DNA of 64,000 bases from an uncultured Verrucomicrobiae bacterium (GTDB taxonomy: Bacteria; Verrucomicrobiota; Verrucomicrobiia; Chthoniobacterales; UBA10450). The notes beneath the pieces were generated by a model, which was not told the origin of the DNA, searched no databases, and saw nothing but the letters and a program-made list of their open reading frames with translations. Where the stretch lies: the NCBI GenBank assembly GCA_963726745.1, contig CAVSDR010000002.1:350206-414205 (forward strand), in the 5' to 3' direction. Made by a program: the position numbers and the translations under genes. Positions within the stretch are counted from its first letter, which is position 1. Every line of letters starts with the position of its first letter. Positions 40,569-50,533 of this stretch are shown one piece after another.

Positions 40569-41876
40569 CTAGCTTCTGCGTCCAAAGGCGCGGCCGAGAA
40601 AGCCTCGGGGGCGTTTGCCACTGTTGCGCAGCGCGGGTTCACCGCTGCCGCGGGCGGAATTACCCGGCAACTTCGGCTCGACCTTGGCCACCGGGTGGCG
40701 ACGCTCTCCCCTCGCCCGTTCATCGCGGGGCGGCGGGGCGCTTTCGTAATCGAAGCCTTCAGCGCGCTTGCGCACGATCCCGCGGCCGATGAACCGCTCG
40801 AGCGCGCGCAGCGGGCCTTGGTCTTCCTGGGTGACGAAGCTGATCGCATCGCCGATTTGCTGGGCGCGGCCGGTGCGGCCAATGCGGTGCACGTAGTCTT
40901 CCGAATGCATTGGGAAGTCGTAGTTCACCACGTGCGAGATGCCGTCGACGTCGATCCCGCGCGCGGCGATATCGGTGGCCACGAGCACGCGCACGGCGCC
41001 GGACTTAAAGTCTTTCAAGGCGCGCAGGCGCTGGTTTTGCGAGCGGTTCGAATGGATCGTGCCGGTCTTGATCCCGCTGGCCTCGAGCTTTTTCGCGATG
41101 CGATCGGCGCCATGTTTCGTGCGGGTAAAGACGAGCACGGTGTCGAACTGCGGATCGCCTAACAAGTGCTGGAGGAGCGCGGGCTTAAGGTGCGGCCGCA
41201 CTTCGTAGACGAACTGCGTGACCGTCTCCGCGGGATTCGCGCGGCGGCCGATCTCGACCACCTTGGGCGAGCGCTGGAACTCGTGGGTAAGCTTCTCGAT
41301 CTCGCGCGAAAGCGTCGCGGAGAAGAGTAGCGTCTGCCGATTTTTAGGCAGCGCTTTCACGATCTGACGGATCGGCGGGAGGAAGCCCATGTCGAGCATC
41401 CGGTCGGCTTCGTCGAGCACGAGAAACTGGAGCCCGGAGAAGTTCGCCGCGCGCTGGCCCATGAGATCGATCAAGCGTCCGGGCGTGGCGACCACGAGAT
41501 CGACGCCGCTGCGGAGCGCTTCCATTTGCGGGCGCTCGCTCACCCCGCCGAAAACCGTGGCCATGCGGACTGGAAGATGTTTCGCGTAGGCACGCACGTT
41601 TTCCTCGATCTGGACCACGAGCTCACGCGTGGGCGCAACCACCAGGGCGCGAGTCCCGCGCTTTTGGCCACCGTCGATGGACTCGGCGAGCCGGGTGAGA
41701 ATAGGAAGGACGAAAGCGGCTGTCTTACCGGTGCCGGTTTGCGCGATGCCGATGACGTCGTCGCCCGCGAGGATGTGCGGAATGGCCGCGACTTGGATGG
41801 GAGTCGGCTCGGTGTAGCCCGCCTCCTGGACGGCTTGGAGGATGGGCGGGGAAAGTTGCAGGGCACGGAAAGGCAT
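40569..41876 (-). CDS. DEAD-box RNA helicase (RhlE-like)
   Basis: AQTGTGKT, PTREL, TPGRL, DEADRMLDMGF, SAT, ARGID, HRIGRTGR. Confidence 0.96.
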   Translation of the reverse strand: MPFRALQLSPPILQAVQEAGYTEPTPIQVAAIPHILAGDDVIGIAQTGTGKTAAFVLPILTRLAESIDGGQKRGTRALVVAPTRELVVQIEENVRAYAKHLPVRMATVFGGVSERPQMEALRSGVDLVVATPGRLIDLMGQRAANFSGLQFLVLDEADRMLDMGFLPPIRQIVKALPKNRQTLLFSATLSREIEKLTHEFQRSPKVVEIGRRANPAETVTQFVYEVRPHLKPALLQHLLGDPQFDTVLVFTRTKHGADRIAKKLEASGIKTGTIHSNRSQNQRLRALKDFKSGAVRVLVATDIAARGIDVDGISHVVNYDFPMHSEDYVHRIGRTGRAQQIGDAISFVTQEDQGPLRALERFIGRGIVRKRAEGFDYESAPPPRDERARGERRHPVAKVEPKLPGNSARGSGEPALRNSGKRPRGFLGRAFGRRS

Positions 41877-41948
41877 GTGTGCGCGCACTATCGCCTGTGA
41901 AGGGCCCTGGCGCACTCGTTAGTTACAAGGGCGACGAGTGCGACCGGT

Positions 41949-42182
41949 TTGCGCGCACGCGGGAAACGGCAGAGGCTCGCGCCCGAGACCATGAAACTTC
42001 GCACCATCTCGCTGTCTGTTTGCGATACGCGCGCGCTGGCGAAGCCCAAGCTGGGCCAGGCCGACCCGGCGACGATCTTCCTGCACAAAGTCGGCGGGAA
42101 ATGGGAAGGCCTGACGCTTGGCACCGGTTTTAGCCCGGACGATTTCGACAAGCTGCACATCCCTGCGCGGCTCCGGCGCTAG
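41949..42182 (+). pseudogene. Probable C-terminal fragment of an unknown protein
   Basis: Protein-like tail ATIFLHKVGGKWEGLTLGTGFSPDDFDKLHIP with no convincing 5' part or promoter space. Confidence 0.35.
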
Positions 42183-42183
42183 G

Positions 42184-42720
42184 TCATTCCTCTTTGCGGA
42201 ACTGCTCGGTCACCTGCGCGACCACCAGGCCCAGCTTCGTGATCGTGGTGTGATTGAGAAGGGTGCGGCCGTCCGGCTGCAAATACATCCACTGCGTCAT
42301 GCGCACGGTGGCGAGCGGATTTCCCGGCGAAAGCGCGAGCGGAAAGCTCCAGTGGAAGACGTTGCCGGAGGCTTCGCCAATGGCGGTGCCGACCACGTCA
42401 TTCGCAGTCGCGGAATAGCGGTGCGCATCGAGCCGGCGGATGCGCCAGGAGCGATGCTGCGGCGGGTCGTCATTGAAGGTGAGCTCCTGCTCCAGCCGGA
42501 GGGTGTCGCCTTCCCACTCGCCGCGGGTGCGCGTGACCACGCGGCGGATCGGATGGCCACGGCGGTTCTCCATCACCCCGCTGGACACGGTGCGACCGCT
42601 GAAGAACTGCGTGGGATCGAGCAGCGGCCGGCCGTTCTGGAAATCGGCCACGCGCAGCGTGGAGCAACCGGTAAGGAGACAGAGCCAGGCGGCGCCGAGG
42701 ACGGCAGGGAAAAGCTTCAC
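42184..42720 (-). CDS. DUF3833-like lipoprotein
   Basis: GTG start, lipobox LTGC, LDP..FF.G...S.G, R.W.I....Y..TANDVVG.A.G, WMY.Q.DG. Confidence 0.8.
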   Translation of the reverse strand: MKLFPAVLGAAWLCLLTGCSTLRVADFQNGRPLLDPTQFFSGRTVSSGVMENRRGHPIRRVVTRTRGEWEGDTLRLEQELTFNDDPPQHRSWRIRRLDAHRYSATANDVVGTAIGEASGNVFHWSFPLALSPGNPLATVRMTQWMYLQPDGRTLLNHTTITKLGLVVAQVTEQFRKEE

Positions 42721-42740
42721 CCGGGTGCTTCGCTCGCGGC

Positions 42741-43734
42741 CTACAAGCGGACGACTATTTTGCCGACCTGCTGGTTGCTCTCGAGGTAGCGGTGCGCCTC
42801 CACGATGGTGTCGAGCCCTTGGAAAACTTTCGCGATCACCGGCTTCAATTTCCCGGAAGCGAGGCCTTCGATGATGAACTGCTTTCGCCTGCGCCAGGCG
42901 CGCCGGATCGGTCGTGATTTCGAAGAGGAGGTAGCCACGGATGGTGAGCGATTTCCCGAGCACTTCGAGCAACGGGAACGGCGCCGGCTCGGGGCTGAGC
43001 GCGCCGTATTGGAAGATGATTCCATGATCAGCCGCGGCCGCGGCCAGCTTCGCGAGCGTGGGCCCGGCGACCGGATCGAAGATCACGCGCGCGCCTTTGC
43101 CGCCGGTGAGTTTCAAAACTTCGGCCGCGAGATCCTGTTCCTCGGTCGCGATCACGTGGGCCGCGCCGGCGTCGAGCAAGGCCTGGCGTTTGTCGCCGGT
43201 GCGGGTGAGCGCGACGGGCGTGGCGCCGACTAAATTGGCGATCTGGATCGCGGCCAGGCCGACGCTGCTGGAGGCCGCGGGCAGGAGAACGGTCTCGCCA
43301 GGCTGGAGTTTCGCGAGATCAATCAGCGCGCCGTAAGCGGTGGCGTATTGCATCCAAATGGCGGCGGCTTCTTCCCACGAGAGCGCGCTGGGATGCTTCG
43401 CAACCGCGCTGGCCGGGACGAGCGCGATCTCGCCGTAGACGCCGTAATCGTTCTGCATGAAAGCGGGGATCGTGCTCACGGCATCGCCAACCGCGAAGCC
43501 CTCCACGCCTTCGCCGAGCGCCTCGATGGTGCCGGCGGCTTCGTAACCGAGACGCGCGGGAAACTTCGGGTCCTCCAGGTATTGGCCAGAGCGGAACATC
43601 GACTCGGCGCGATTGAGCCCGAGCGCCCGCACCGCGAGACGGATCTCTCCGCGCTTCGGTGCGGGGACGTCGACTTCGTCGAGCTGCAGGACTTCCGGCC
43701 CGCCGGATTGATGGAAACGAACAATGCGCGACAT
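42741..43734 (-). CDS. MDR-family quinone oxidoreductase-like protein, frameshift near 42885
   Basis: GGPEVL, GLNRAE, GYEAAG, AASSSVG; true C-terminus EAHRYLESNQQVGKIVV in another frame. Confidence 0.9.
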
Positions 43735-43837
43735 GGAACCAGTGTCGCCCTCGGAGGCACGCGATGAAAGAGCACAATGGGCGCGCGCGGAAACTTCCTG
43801 AAGCGTCCACCGCCGCTTGCGTTACGTTCTACAGCAT

Positions 43838-44884
43838 ATGCAACCAACCAAAGGCTACGCCGCCGCCAGCGCTGAGGCGCCGATCAAACCCTTTTCTTTC
43901 GAACGCCGCGAACCGACGGCCGATGACGTGCAGATGGAGATCCTCTTCTGCGGCGTCTGCCATTCCGATATTCACACCGCCCGGAACGAATGGGGCGGCA
44001 CGAAGTATCCCTGCGTGCCCGGCCACGAGATCGTCGGCCGCGTGACCGCGGTGGGCGCGAACGTGAAAAAATTTAAGCAAGGCGATCTCGCGGCGGTGGG
44101 TTGCCTGGTCGACTCCTGCGGCGAATGCTCGGCCTGCCAGGAGGACTTCGAGCAGTTCTGCGAAAAAGGCGGCACCTTCACCTATAATAGCGCGGACAAA
44201 CACACCGGCGGCGTGACCTACGGCGGCTACTCCAAGAGCATCGTGGTCGACCAGGATTTCGTGCTGAAGTTGTCGGATAAACTCGACCCGGCCGCGGCCG
44301 CGCCGTTGCTCTGCGCGGGCATCACCACGTATTCACCGCTGCGCCATCACCATGTCGGCAAAGGCCAGAAGGTCGGCGTCGTTGGCCTCGGCGGGCTCGG
44401 GCACATGGCGGTGAAATTTGCGCACTCCTTCGGCGCGCACGTGGTCCTCTTCACCACCTCGCCGGGTAAAACCGAGGACGCGAAGCGCCTCGGCGCGGAT
44501 GAAGTGGTCCTCTCGAAGGACGCCGATGCGATGGGGAAACATGCGAACAGCTTCGACTTCATCATCGACACGGTTTCGGCGAAGCACGACCTGAACGCTT
44601 ACCTTGCGCTCTTGAAACGCGACGGCGCCATGACCCTGGTGGGTGCGCCGCCGGAGCCGGTGCCGGTGGGCGCCTTCAATCTCATCTTTGGCCGTCGCCG
44701 GCTCGATGGCTCGCTCATTGGCGGCATCGCCGAGACGCAGGAAATGCTCGATTATTGCGCGGAGCACAACATCACCTGCGACATCGAGAAGATCGGGATC
44801 GACGAGATCAACACCGCCTACGACCGCATGCTCAAGAGCGATGTGAAGTATCGCTTCGTGATCGACATGGCGTCGCTTAAATAG
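43838..44884 (+). CDS. Zn-dependent NAD(P)-dependent alcohol dehydrogenase (cinnamyl-ADH type)
   Basis: CGVCHSD, GHEIVG, C..C..C.......C, PLLCAGITTYSPL, GLGGLG. Confidence 0.95.
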   Translation: MQPTKGYAAASAEAPIKPFSFERREPTADDVQMEILFCGVCHSDIHTARNEWGGTKYPCVPGHEIVGRVTAVGANVKKFKQGDLAAVGCLVDSCGECSACQEDFEQFCEKGGTFTYNSADKHTGGVTYGGYSKSIVVDQDFVLKLSDKLDPAAAAPLLCAGITTYSPLRHHHVGKGQKVGVVGLGGLGHMAVKFAHSFGAHVVLFTTSPGKTEDAKRLGADEVVLSKDADAMGKHANSFDFIIDTVSAKHDLNAYLALLKRDGAMTLVGAPPEPVPVGAFNLIFGRRRLDGSLIGGIAETQEMLDYCAEHNITCDIEKIGIDEINTAYDRMLKSDVKYRFVIDMASLK

Positions 44885-45931
44885 CCGGCAACTTCGAACG
44901 CCGCGCCCAGCGCAACTTCGCTGACGTGGAACGCGGATTCGCCGTTCGTTCCGCGGCGCCCGGACGGATCACGTCCCGGGCGACCGCGGAATAAAAGCCG
45001 GCCGCTTCCCCGGCAGCGAACGCTTTCTTTACCCGGCGATCTTCGCCGGAGTGAAAGGTGAGGATGGCTGCGCGCCCGCCGGGCCGCAGGCAAAACGGAA
45101 GCTGGCGCAGAAGGGTGTCGAGCGCGGAGAACTCATCGTTCACCGCGATCCGCAGGGCCTGGAAAACGCGGCGGACGGAAAGCTCCCGCGCGTCCTCGGA
45201 AACTTTAGGCAGCGCTTTGCGGATGGCGTTGCCTAACGAGAGCGTGGTCGGCCACGACCGGCCGGCGAGGAGCGGCGCGAGCAATTCGGCGTGCGGTTCG
45301 TCGGCATTTTCTGCGAGCAGGCGTGCCAGCTTGGCGGCGTCGATTTTCTCGAGCAAAGAGACAGCAGGTTCACCGCGCAGCGGATTCATCCGCAGGTCGA
45401 GCGGGCCGGCATGTTTCACCGAGAAACCGCGCGCGGGATCGTCGAGCTGCATTGAGGAGACGCCGAGGTCCGCGAGGAGCAGATCGGCGCCGTCCCAGAC
45501 CTGCACGCGCCAGCATCTGCGGGAGGCCGGCGAAGTTGCTTCGCCGGGCGATGAAATTCCTCCGGCCCGTAGCCTAACGAGCGCAAACGCGCCTCGGTCT
45601 TCGGAAGTTCGAGCGCATCCGCGTCGAGCCCGAGGAGACAGCCGCCGGGCCGGAGATGCGGGAGGATTTCCTGGGCGTGCCCGCCGTAGCCCAAGGTGCA
45701 ATCTACCGCGCGTTCGCCGGGTTGCGGCGCGAGCACCTCGAGGATTTCGGCGACCAGAATCGGGCGGTGCGTGCCTGCAGGCGTTTTCCCGGAGGCAAGG
45801 ACTTTGGCGACCGTCTCCGCGTAGCGTGCGGGATCGCGCTCCTTGTATTTCTGCTCGAAGCGGCGCGGATTTTTCCCGCGATAGCGCGGCCGGCGTGGCG
45901 GGCGCTCCGAAGGCAAGGACTCGTCGCTCAT
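44877..45931 (-). CDS. RsmH/MraW-family methyltransferase with basic N-terminal extension; frameshifts near 45550 and 45505
   Basis: H.PIL..E, VDCTLGYGGH, DLGVSSMQLD..RGFS...GPLD.RM, FQALRIAVN.E, FHSGEDR.VK, NPR..SAKLR. Confidence 0.88.
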
Positions 45932-45979
45932 GATCGCGCGGAGTCTCTGGGCGGAGCGCCCGCCATTCAAGGCAGGCCG

Positions 45980-46297
45980 TTACGGATTCGGCGTGGTCGC
46001 CGGAACCGGCGTGGCCTTTTGCTCACTCGGCATGGTCACGTTCACGTCCGGGACGGTCACGCTCTTCTGCTCGGTGGTCACTTTCGGCACGGTCACTTCT
46101 TTCTGCTTCGAATCGACCGAGACCTTGGCGGTATCGACATCATACTTTGGCATCTGGCCGCCATCGACTTTGACGTCGACATCGGGCGCCTTGGCGTCCT
46201 GGGTTTTCTTGACCTCGCAGCCGGTGAGCGGAGCGAGCAAGGCAACGGCGGCGAGGCAACCAAGAGTGCGGGAAAGAGGGTATTTTTTCGTAATCAT
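45980..46297 (-). CDS. Small lipoprotein
   Basis: Lipobox LTGC; PDVDV/VTVP low-complexity repeats. Confidence 0.8.
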   Translation of the reverse strand: MITKKYPLSRTLGCLAAVALLAPLTGCEVKKTQDAKAPDVDVKVDGGQMPKYDVDTAKVSVDSKQKEVTVPKVTTEQKSVTVPDVNVTMPSEQKATPVPATTPNP

Positions 46298-46361
46298 CTC
46301 GCTAGGAATCGGATGGCAGGCGCATTTCGTTTGTGTGCGCGGCGAAGAAAACCTGCCCGCT

Positions 46362-47714
46362 TTAGGCGTCTGGCGTGGTGTAGGCGAAGCGGAAAAGCGT
46401 CCCGCTGGGAGCGCTCACAGCTTTCGTTAGGTTGCCGGCCGCGTCCGGGAGGACGTCCGCGATCTTGGTCCAATTGCGCGCGTCGACGGACGACTGGAGC
46501 TCATACTGCAACCCGGCGACGCCCTTGCAGCTCAAGGTCACCGTGCCATCGAGATTTGCCCGGATGTTGACCGCTGAAGTCGGAAGGACAATGAGCGCGA
46601 GTTCGCCGGCGGGGCCGAAGGGATTCGACCATTTGCTTGCGGTGTAAAGCGCGCTGCCGGTGAGCGTGCGGAGGAAAGCCTCGAGGTCGCTGCGTTGCTG
46701 GATCGAGAGATTGAGCTGGCCGCCGGGGCCGCGAAGGCGCGGGTCGAGGTTGGCATTATCGGCCGGGATCGCGTTGTAGTGATTTACCACCGCGGCCAGA
46801 GTCGCGAGGCTCGCGTTGTGCATGAAGGCGCCGTTTGATTGTCCGCCCGGTCCCACGAGATCGCGCAGCGAAGGCGAACGCGTGTTCGTGAGATCGGTGC
46901 CGCCGGCGATGGAGGTGATGATGCCGTTGTTGCGGCTGTTGGGATCGATGTCGAACTCGGGCGGGCGATGGCAAACCGCGCAGCCCGCGCCGTTCACTCC
47001 AGGCGGCGCGAGGAAGAGCGCTTTCCCGGCGTTCTCGCTCGCGCTGAAGTTGGCAAACGGCTGGTTGTCGTTCGCGAGCGCGCGGCCGGCATCGTATTTC
47101 GAGTCGAAAGATTGAATGCTGCGGACGAATTGCGCGAGCGCGAATTGGATCCGGGTTTCATCGATCGCGCTGGTGCCGAAAGCGGCGGTGAAGAGGACGC
47201 GATACTCCGGGATGGCGGCGAGTTTAGCCAGCAACTCGGCGAACGCGGGATTCGCGCCGGTGCCGCTCCAGCCCATCTCGGTGGCGTCCCGCACCGGCTG
47301 CGTGGTTTGATTCTCCAGCGTGGCCGCACGCTCATCCCAAAAGAAATGCGCCTCGGTGCCGAAGCGCGCATTCATGAGGCGCATGGAATGCCGCCCGGTG
47401 GTTCCCGCGACGCCGGTGCTGGCGGTCGCGCTGTCGCTGAAGGCGCGCGCCTGTTGATGGCAGGAGCTGCAGCTGATGGTGTTATCGCGCGAGAGCCGTC
47501 GATCGTAAAAAAGCACTCGCCCGAGGGTGGCGCCGGCGTCGGTCAGGCGGTTGCCGGTCGGAGTGTTGTCCTTGGTGATGTAGGCCGGCTTGGCCTGGTT
47601 GGCGTAGTTCGCCGGCGCAGTCAGATCGAGCGTGCCTCCCTGCGCATTGCAGCGGTGCGCGAGCCCGCCGGAGACGAGCGCAGCGAGCACAAAAACGGAA
47701 ACGCGCGCGGACAT
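46362..47714 (-). CDS. Di-heme cytochrome c peroxidase / MauG family protein
   Basis: LGR.LFYD..LS....SCSSCH, FFWDERA.TLE.Q, CAVCH, PSLR, FMH; short C-terminal YELQSS.D..NW domain. Confidence 0.9.
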   Translation of the reverse strand: MSARVSVFVLAALVSGGLAHRCNAQGGTLDLTAPANYANQAKPAYITKDNTPTGNRLTDAGATLGRVLFYDRRLSRDNTISCSSCHQQARAFSDSATASTGVAGTTGRHSMRLMNARFGTEAHFFWDERAATLENQTTQPVRDATEMGWSGTGANPAFAELLAKLAAIPEYRVLFTAAFGTSAIDETRIQFALAQFVRSIQSFDSKYDAGRALANDNQPFANFSASENAGKALFLAPPGVNGAGCAVCHRPPEFDIDPNSRNNGIITSIAGGTDLTNTRSPSLRDLVGPGGQSNGAFMHNASLATLAAVVNHYNAIPADNANLDPRLRGPGGQLNLSIQQRSDLEAFLRTLTGSALYTASKWSNPFGPAGELALIVLPTSAVNIRANLDGTVTLSCKGVAGLQYELQSSVDARNWTKIADVLPDAAGNLTKAVSAPSGTLFRFAYTTPDA

Positions 47715-47722
47715 GGCGCTGG

Positions 47723-48148
47723 CTAATCTTCCCCGCAGGCACGGGCCACGGTGACCATCCAGCCGAGGCCAAACTGATCCGTGAGCATGCCGAACTTGGG
47801 CGACCAAAAAGTCTTCTCCAGGGGCATGGTCACGAGCCCATTCTGGGCCAGGGCGTTGAAAGCCTTCTCGGCCGCGGCCTCGTCTGGAACAGTAAGCGAA
47901 AGCGAGAAACCATCGAAAGAGGAAGGCCCTTCGCAGCGGCCATCGGAAGCCATGAAGACCGTTTCGCCGAGGCTCACGGAGGCGTGCATCACTTTATCCG
48001 CGAAACATTCCGGGAGGCCGTGTGGCTGCGGACTTTCCCGGTAGCGCATGAGCATTTCGACCCGCGCACCCACGGCCTCCCGATAGAATTCGAGCGCTTC
48101 CTCGCAGCGACCGCCGAAGAAAAGATAAGGTTGCAGGCCGTGTTTCAT
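47723..48148 (-). CDS. VOC family protein (PhnB-like)
   Basis: PYLFF.G.CEEALEFY, VMHA, MPL.KTFWS..FG...D.FG..W. Confidence 0.92.
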   Translation of the reverse strand: MKHGLQPYLFFGGRCEEALEFYREAVGARVEMLMRYRESPQPHGLPECFADKVMHASVSLGETVFMASDGRCEGPSSFDGFSLSLTVPDEAAAEKAFNALAQNGLVTMPLEKTFWSPKFGMLTDQFGLGWMVTVARACGED

Positions 48149-48250
48149 TTTGCAGGCAGAGTGGTTAGGCAGCGTTTTGCTACCGCCGGAGAAGATCAAA
48201 GTGCGCGCGCTCTGGCAAGCATGCGTCTTTTTCTCCGCGGATGACGAACT

Positions 48251-48796
48251 GTGAAAACGATGAACTCGATCAATCAAAACCAGCCGGAAGAAAATCGCGC
48301 CGACCTCCGCGGCGCGGACGCGATCGCGAAGATCAAGGAATTGGTCGACAAGGCGCAGACGTGTTTCTTCTGCACCACCCCGGCCGGGAGCGAATCCAGC
48401 GGCGCGCGGCCGATGAGCGTGCAGCAGGTGGATGACGCCGGGCATCTCTGGTTTCTGAGCGCGGACGACAGCCACAAGAACGCTGAACTCGCGCGCGACT
48501 CTGCGGTGCGTTTGTTTTTCCAAGGCTCGGCGCATTCCGATTTCCTCATGCTCAGCGGGACCGCGACGGTTTCGCGCGACAAAGCGAAGATCCAGGAACT
48601 GTGGGAACCGATCATCAAGACCTGGTTCACCGGCGGAGTGGATGATCCGCGGATCACGGTGATCGAAGTCGCACCGGCGGACGGTTATTATTGGGATACG
48701 AAACACGCCTACCCGATCGCCGGGATCAAGATGTTGATCGGCGCCGCGATCGGCAAAACCCTCGACGATTCGATCGAGGGCACGCTCGCGGTTTAG
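48251..48796 (+). CDS. Pyridoxamine 5'-phosphate oxidase-like general stress protein
   Basis: RPM....VD..G.LWF, K..E, LW.....WF..G.DDP. Confidence 0.85.
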   Translation: MKTMNSINQNQPEENRADLRGADAIAKIKELVDKAQTCFFCTTPAGSESSGARPMSVQQVDDAGHLWFLSADDSHKNAELARDSAVRLFFQGSAHSDFLMLSGTATVSRDKAKIQELWEPIIKTWFTGGVDDPRITVIEVAPADGYYWDTKHAYPIAGIKMLIGAAIGKTLDDSIEGTLAV

Positions 48797-49422
48797 CCAG
48801 CGCTTTCGGGCGCGAGCCAATTTCGGATCGCGGCGCGGACCAGAGCTTCCGGCTGCGCGCCCGAGAGTTCACGCGCGGCGGCGATTGGTTCGCCCTCGCG
48901 CCGGAAGAGCAGCGCGGGAACGCCGGAGATTCCCAGCGTGCCGGCTAATTCCTCGTCCGCCAGGACCGCGGCGCGACCTTCACCACTCGTTAGGGCACGC
49001 TTCAGCGCGGCCCGCTCGAGCCCGCACTCGCGGCCGAGCTCCAGCAGCGTCGCCATTTCCCCGATGTCGCGGCCCTGCTCGAAGAACGCCCGGAAGATCG
49101 CGCGATGCAGCGCCTCAAATTTCCCCTGCGCGCGCGCAAACTCCGCGGCCTCGAGCGCGAGCCGGCTGCGCGGTTGCACCGGCGGCAAGGCCAGCTGCAT
49201 TCCGCGGTCGCGCGCCATCGGGTAGACCGCACGCTCCCAGATCTCGAGCAGGTAATCGCCCCGCGGCGGCAGCGTCGGCTCCGGCTCCGGGCGCAGCTCA
49301 AAGGCGCGCCAGCGCACGGCCAGGCGGTCGGCAAATTCAGCCTGCAACTTGGCCAGGATCGGTTCCTCCAGATAGCAAAACGGGCAGACGTAATCGCTCC
49401 AGACATCGAGCAGCAGGCGCAT
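48793..49422 (-). CDS. DsbA/FrnE family oxidoreductase
   Basis: WSDYVCPFCY, FELRP, GISGVP, GAQP. Confidence 0.9.
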   Translation of the reverse strand: MRLLLDVWSDYVCPFCYLEEPILAKLQAEFADRLAVRWRAFELRPEPEPTLPPRGDYLLEIWERAVYPMARDRGMQLALPPVQPRSRLALEAAEFARAQGKFEALHRAIFRAFFEQGRDIGEMATLLELGRECGLERAALKRALTSGEGRAAVLADEELAGTLGISGVPALLFRREGEPIAAARELSGAQPEALVRAAIRNWLAPESAG

Positions 49423-49661
49423 GGCGCTACACTCCGCGGCGCGCGGGCGGCCTCAAGCTGGCAGATCATTACGCCGCGCGGCGAAGGCGCTCCCGAATCA
49501 CCGGCGCCACCCGCTCACTCCCCCGCGCATGAAAAAATCGCACGCCCAACTCTTACGGGATCGGATCGCAATTCGAGCGCGCGATGACCCAGTTTTAACG
49601 TGGCCGATGGCGCCGCGGCCTTGCTCCGCTCGCAGCTTTGAGCTATCGCTGCGGCCACCTG

Positions 49662-50480
49662 ATGAAAGCGTTCCTCGGCGGAATTTTCCTCCTCGCGGCG
49701 GCCCTCACTTCCAGCGGCGGCGAGCCGCTCGTGATCGGCGAGACGTTCACGCTCGAGTCGAAAACGCTCGGCGAAACCCGGCGGATTAACGTCTACCTGC
49801 CGCCGCCTTACCTCGAAGCGAAGGAGGCGCGCCTGCCGGTGCTCTACATGCCGGATGGCGGCCTGGCGGAGGATTTCCTGCACGTCGCCGGCCTGGTCCA
49901 GGTGGGCGTGGGCAACGGCACCATGCGGCCGTTTATTCTCGTGGGGATCGAGAACACCGAGCGGCGGCGCGATCTCACGCCGCCGACGGAAAACGAGAAG
50001 GACAAGAAGATCGCCCCGCGCGTGGGTGGCTCGGCGACTTTCCGGAAGTTCCTGCGCGAAGAGTTAATCCCGGAAATTAGACAGCGTTATCGCACCACCG
50101 AGGAGTCGGCCATCGTCGGCGAATCACTCGCGGGCCTTTTCGTGGTCGAGACCTTCCTGGTCGAGCCGACGCTCTTCGACACCTACCTGGCATTCGATCC
50201 CAGTCTTTGGTGGAACGAGGGCGCACTCCTCCGCGCGGCCCCGGAACTCTTGCGGAAGCAGCCGGAGAAAAAGCTGCAGTTCTGGTTCGCCAGCAGCAGC
50301 GAGCAGCGCGGCGATGAGGAACTGCCGCAGAAATTCGCCGAGATTCTGCGCGCAGCCGATCGGCCCGGCTTGCACTGGCACTACCAGCCGATGCCGGAGG
50401 AGAAGCACTCCACGATTTACCATCCGGCGGCGCTCCGTGCGTTCCGTGCATGTTTCGCGCCGGAAAAGCCGAAGGACTAA
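49662..50480 (+). CDS. Alpha/beta hydrolase (IroE-like esterase)
   Basis: PVLYMPDG, RRRDLTP, GESLAG nucleophile elbow, PSLWW. Confidence 0.88.
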   Translation: MKAFLGGIFLLAAALTSSGGEPLVIGETFTLESKTLGETRRINVYLPPPYLEAKEARLPVLYMPDGGLAEDFLHVAGLVQVGVGNGTMRPFILVGIENTERRRDLTPPTENEKDKKIAPRVGGSATFRKFLREELIPEIRQRYRTTEESAIVGESLAGLFVVETFLVEPTLFDTYLAFDPSLWWNEGALLRAAPELLRKQPEKKLQFWFASSSEQRGDEELPQKFAEILRAADRPGLHWHYQPMPEEKHSTIYHPAALRAFRACFAPEKPKD

Positions 50481-50533
50481 GGGTTCCGCGGTCGCACTGG
50501 CGGCCCGGCGCGGCTCTGCCATAGTCACGCGCG

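Noticed and set aside
42184..43734. 516-aa oxidoreductase-DUF3833 fusion in the ORF track
   Set aside because: Artefact of a frameshift; the oxidoreductase C-terminus is in another frame and the lipoprotein has its own start at 42720.
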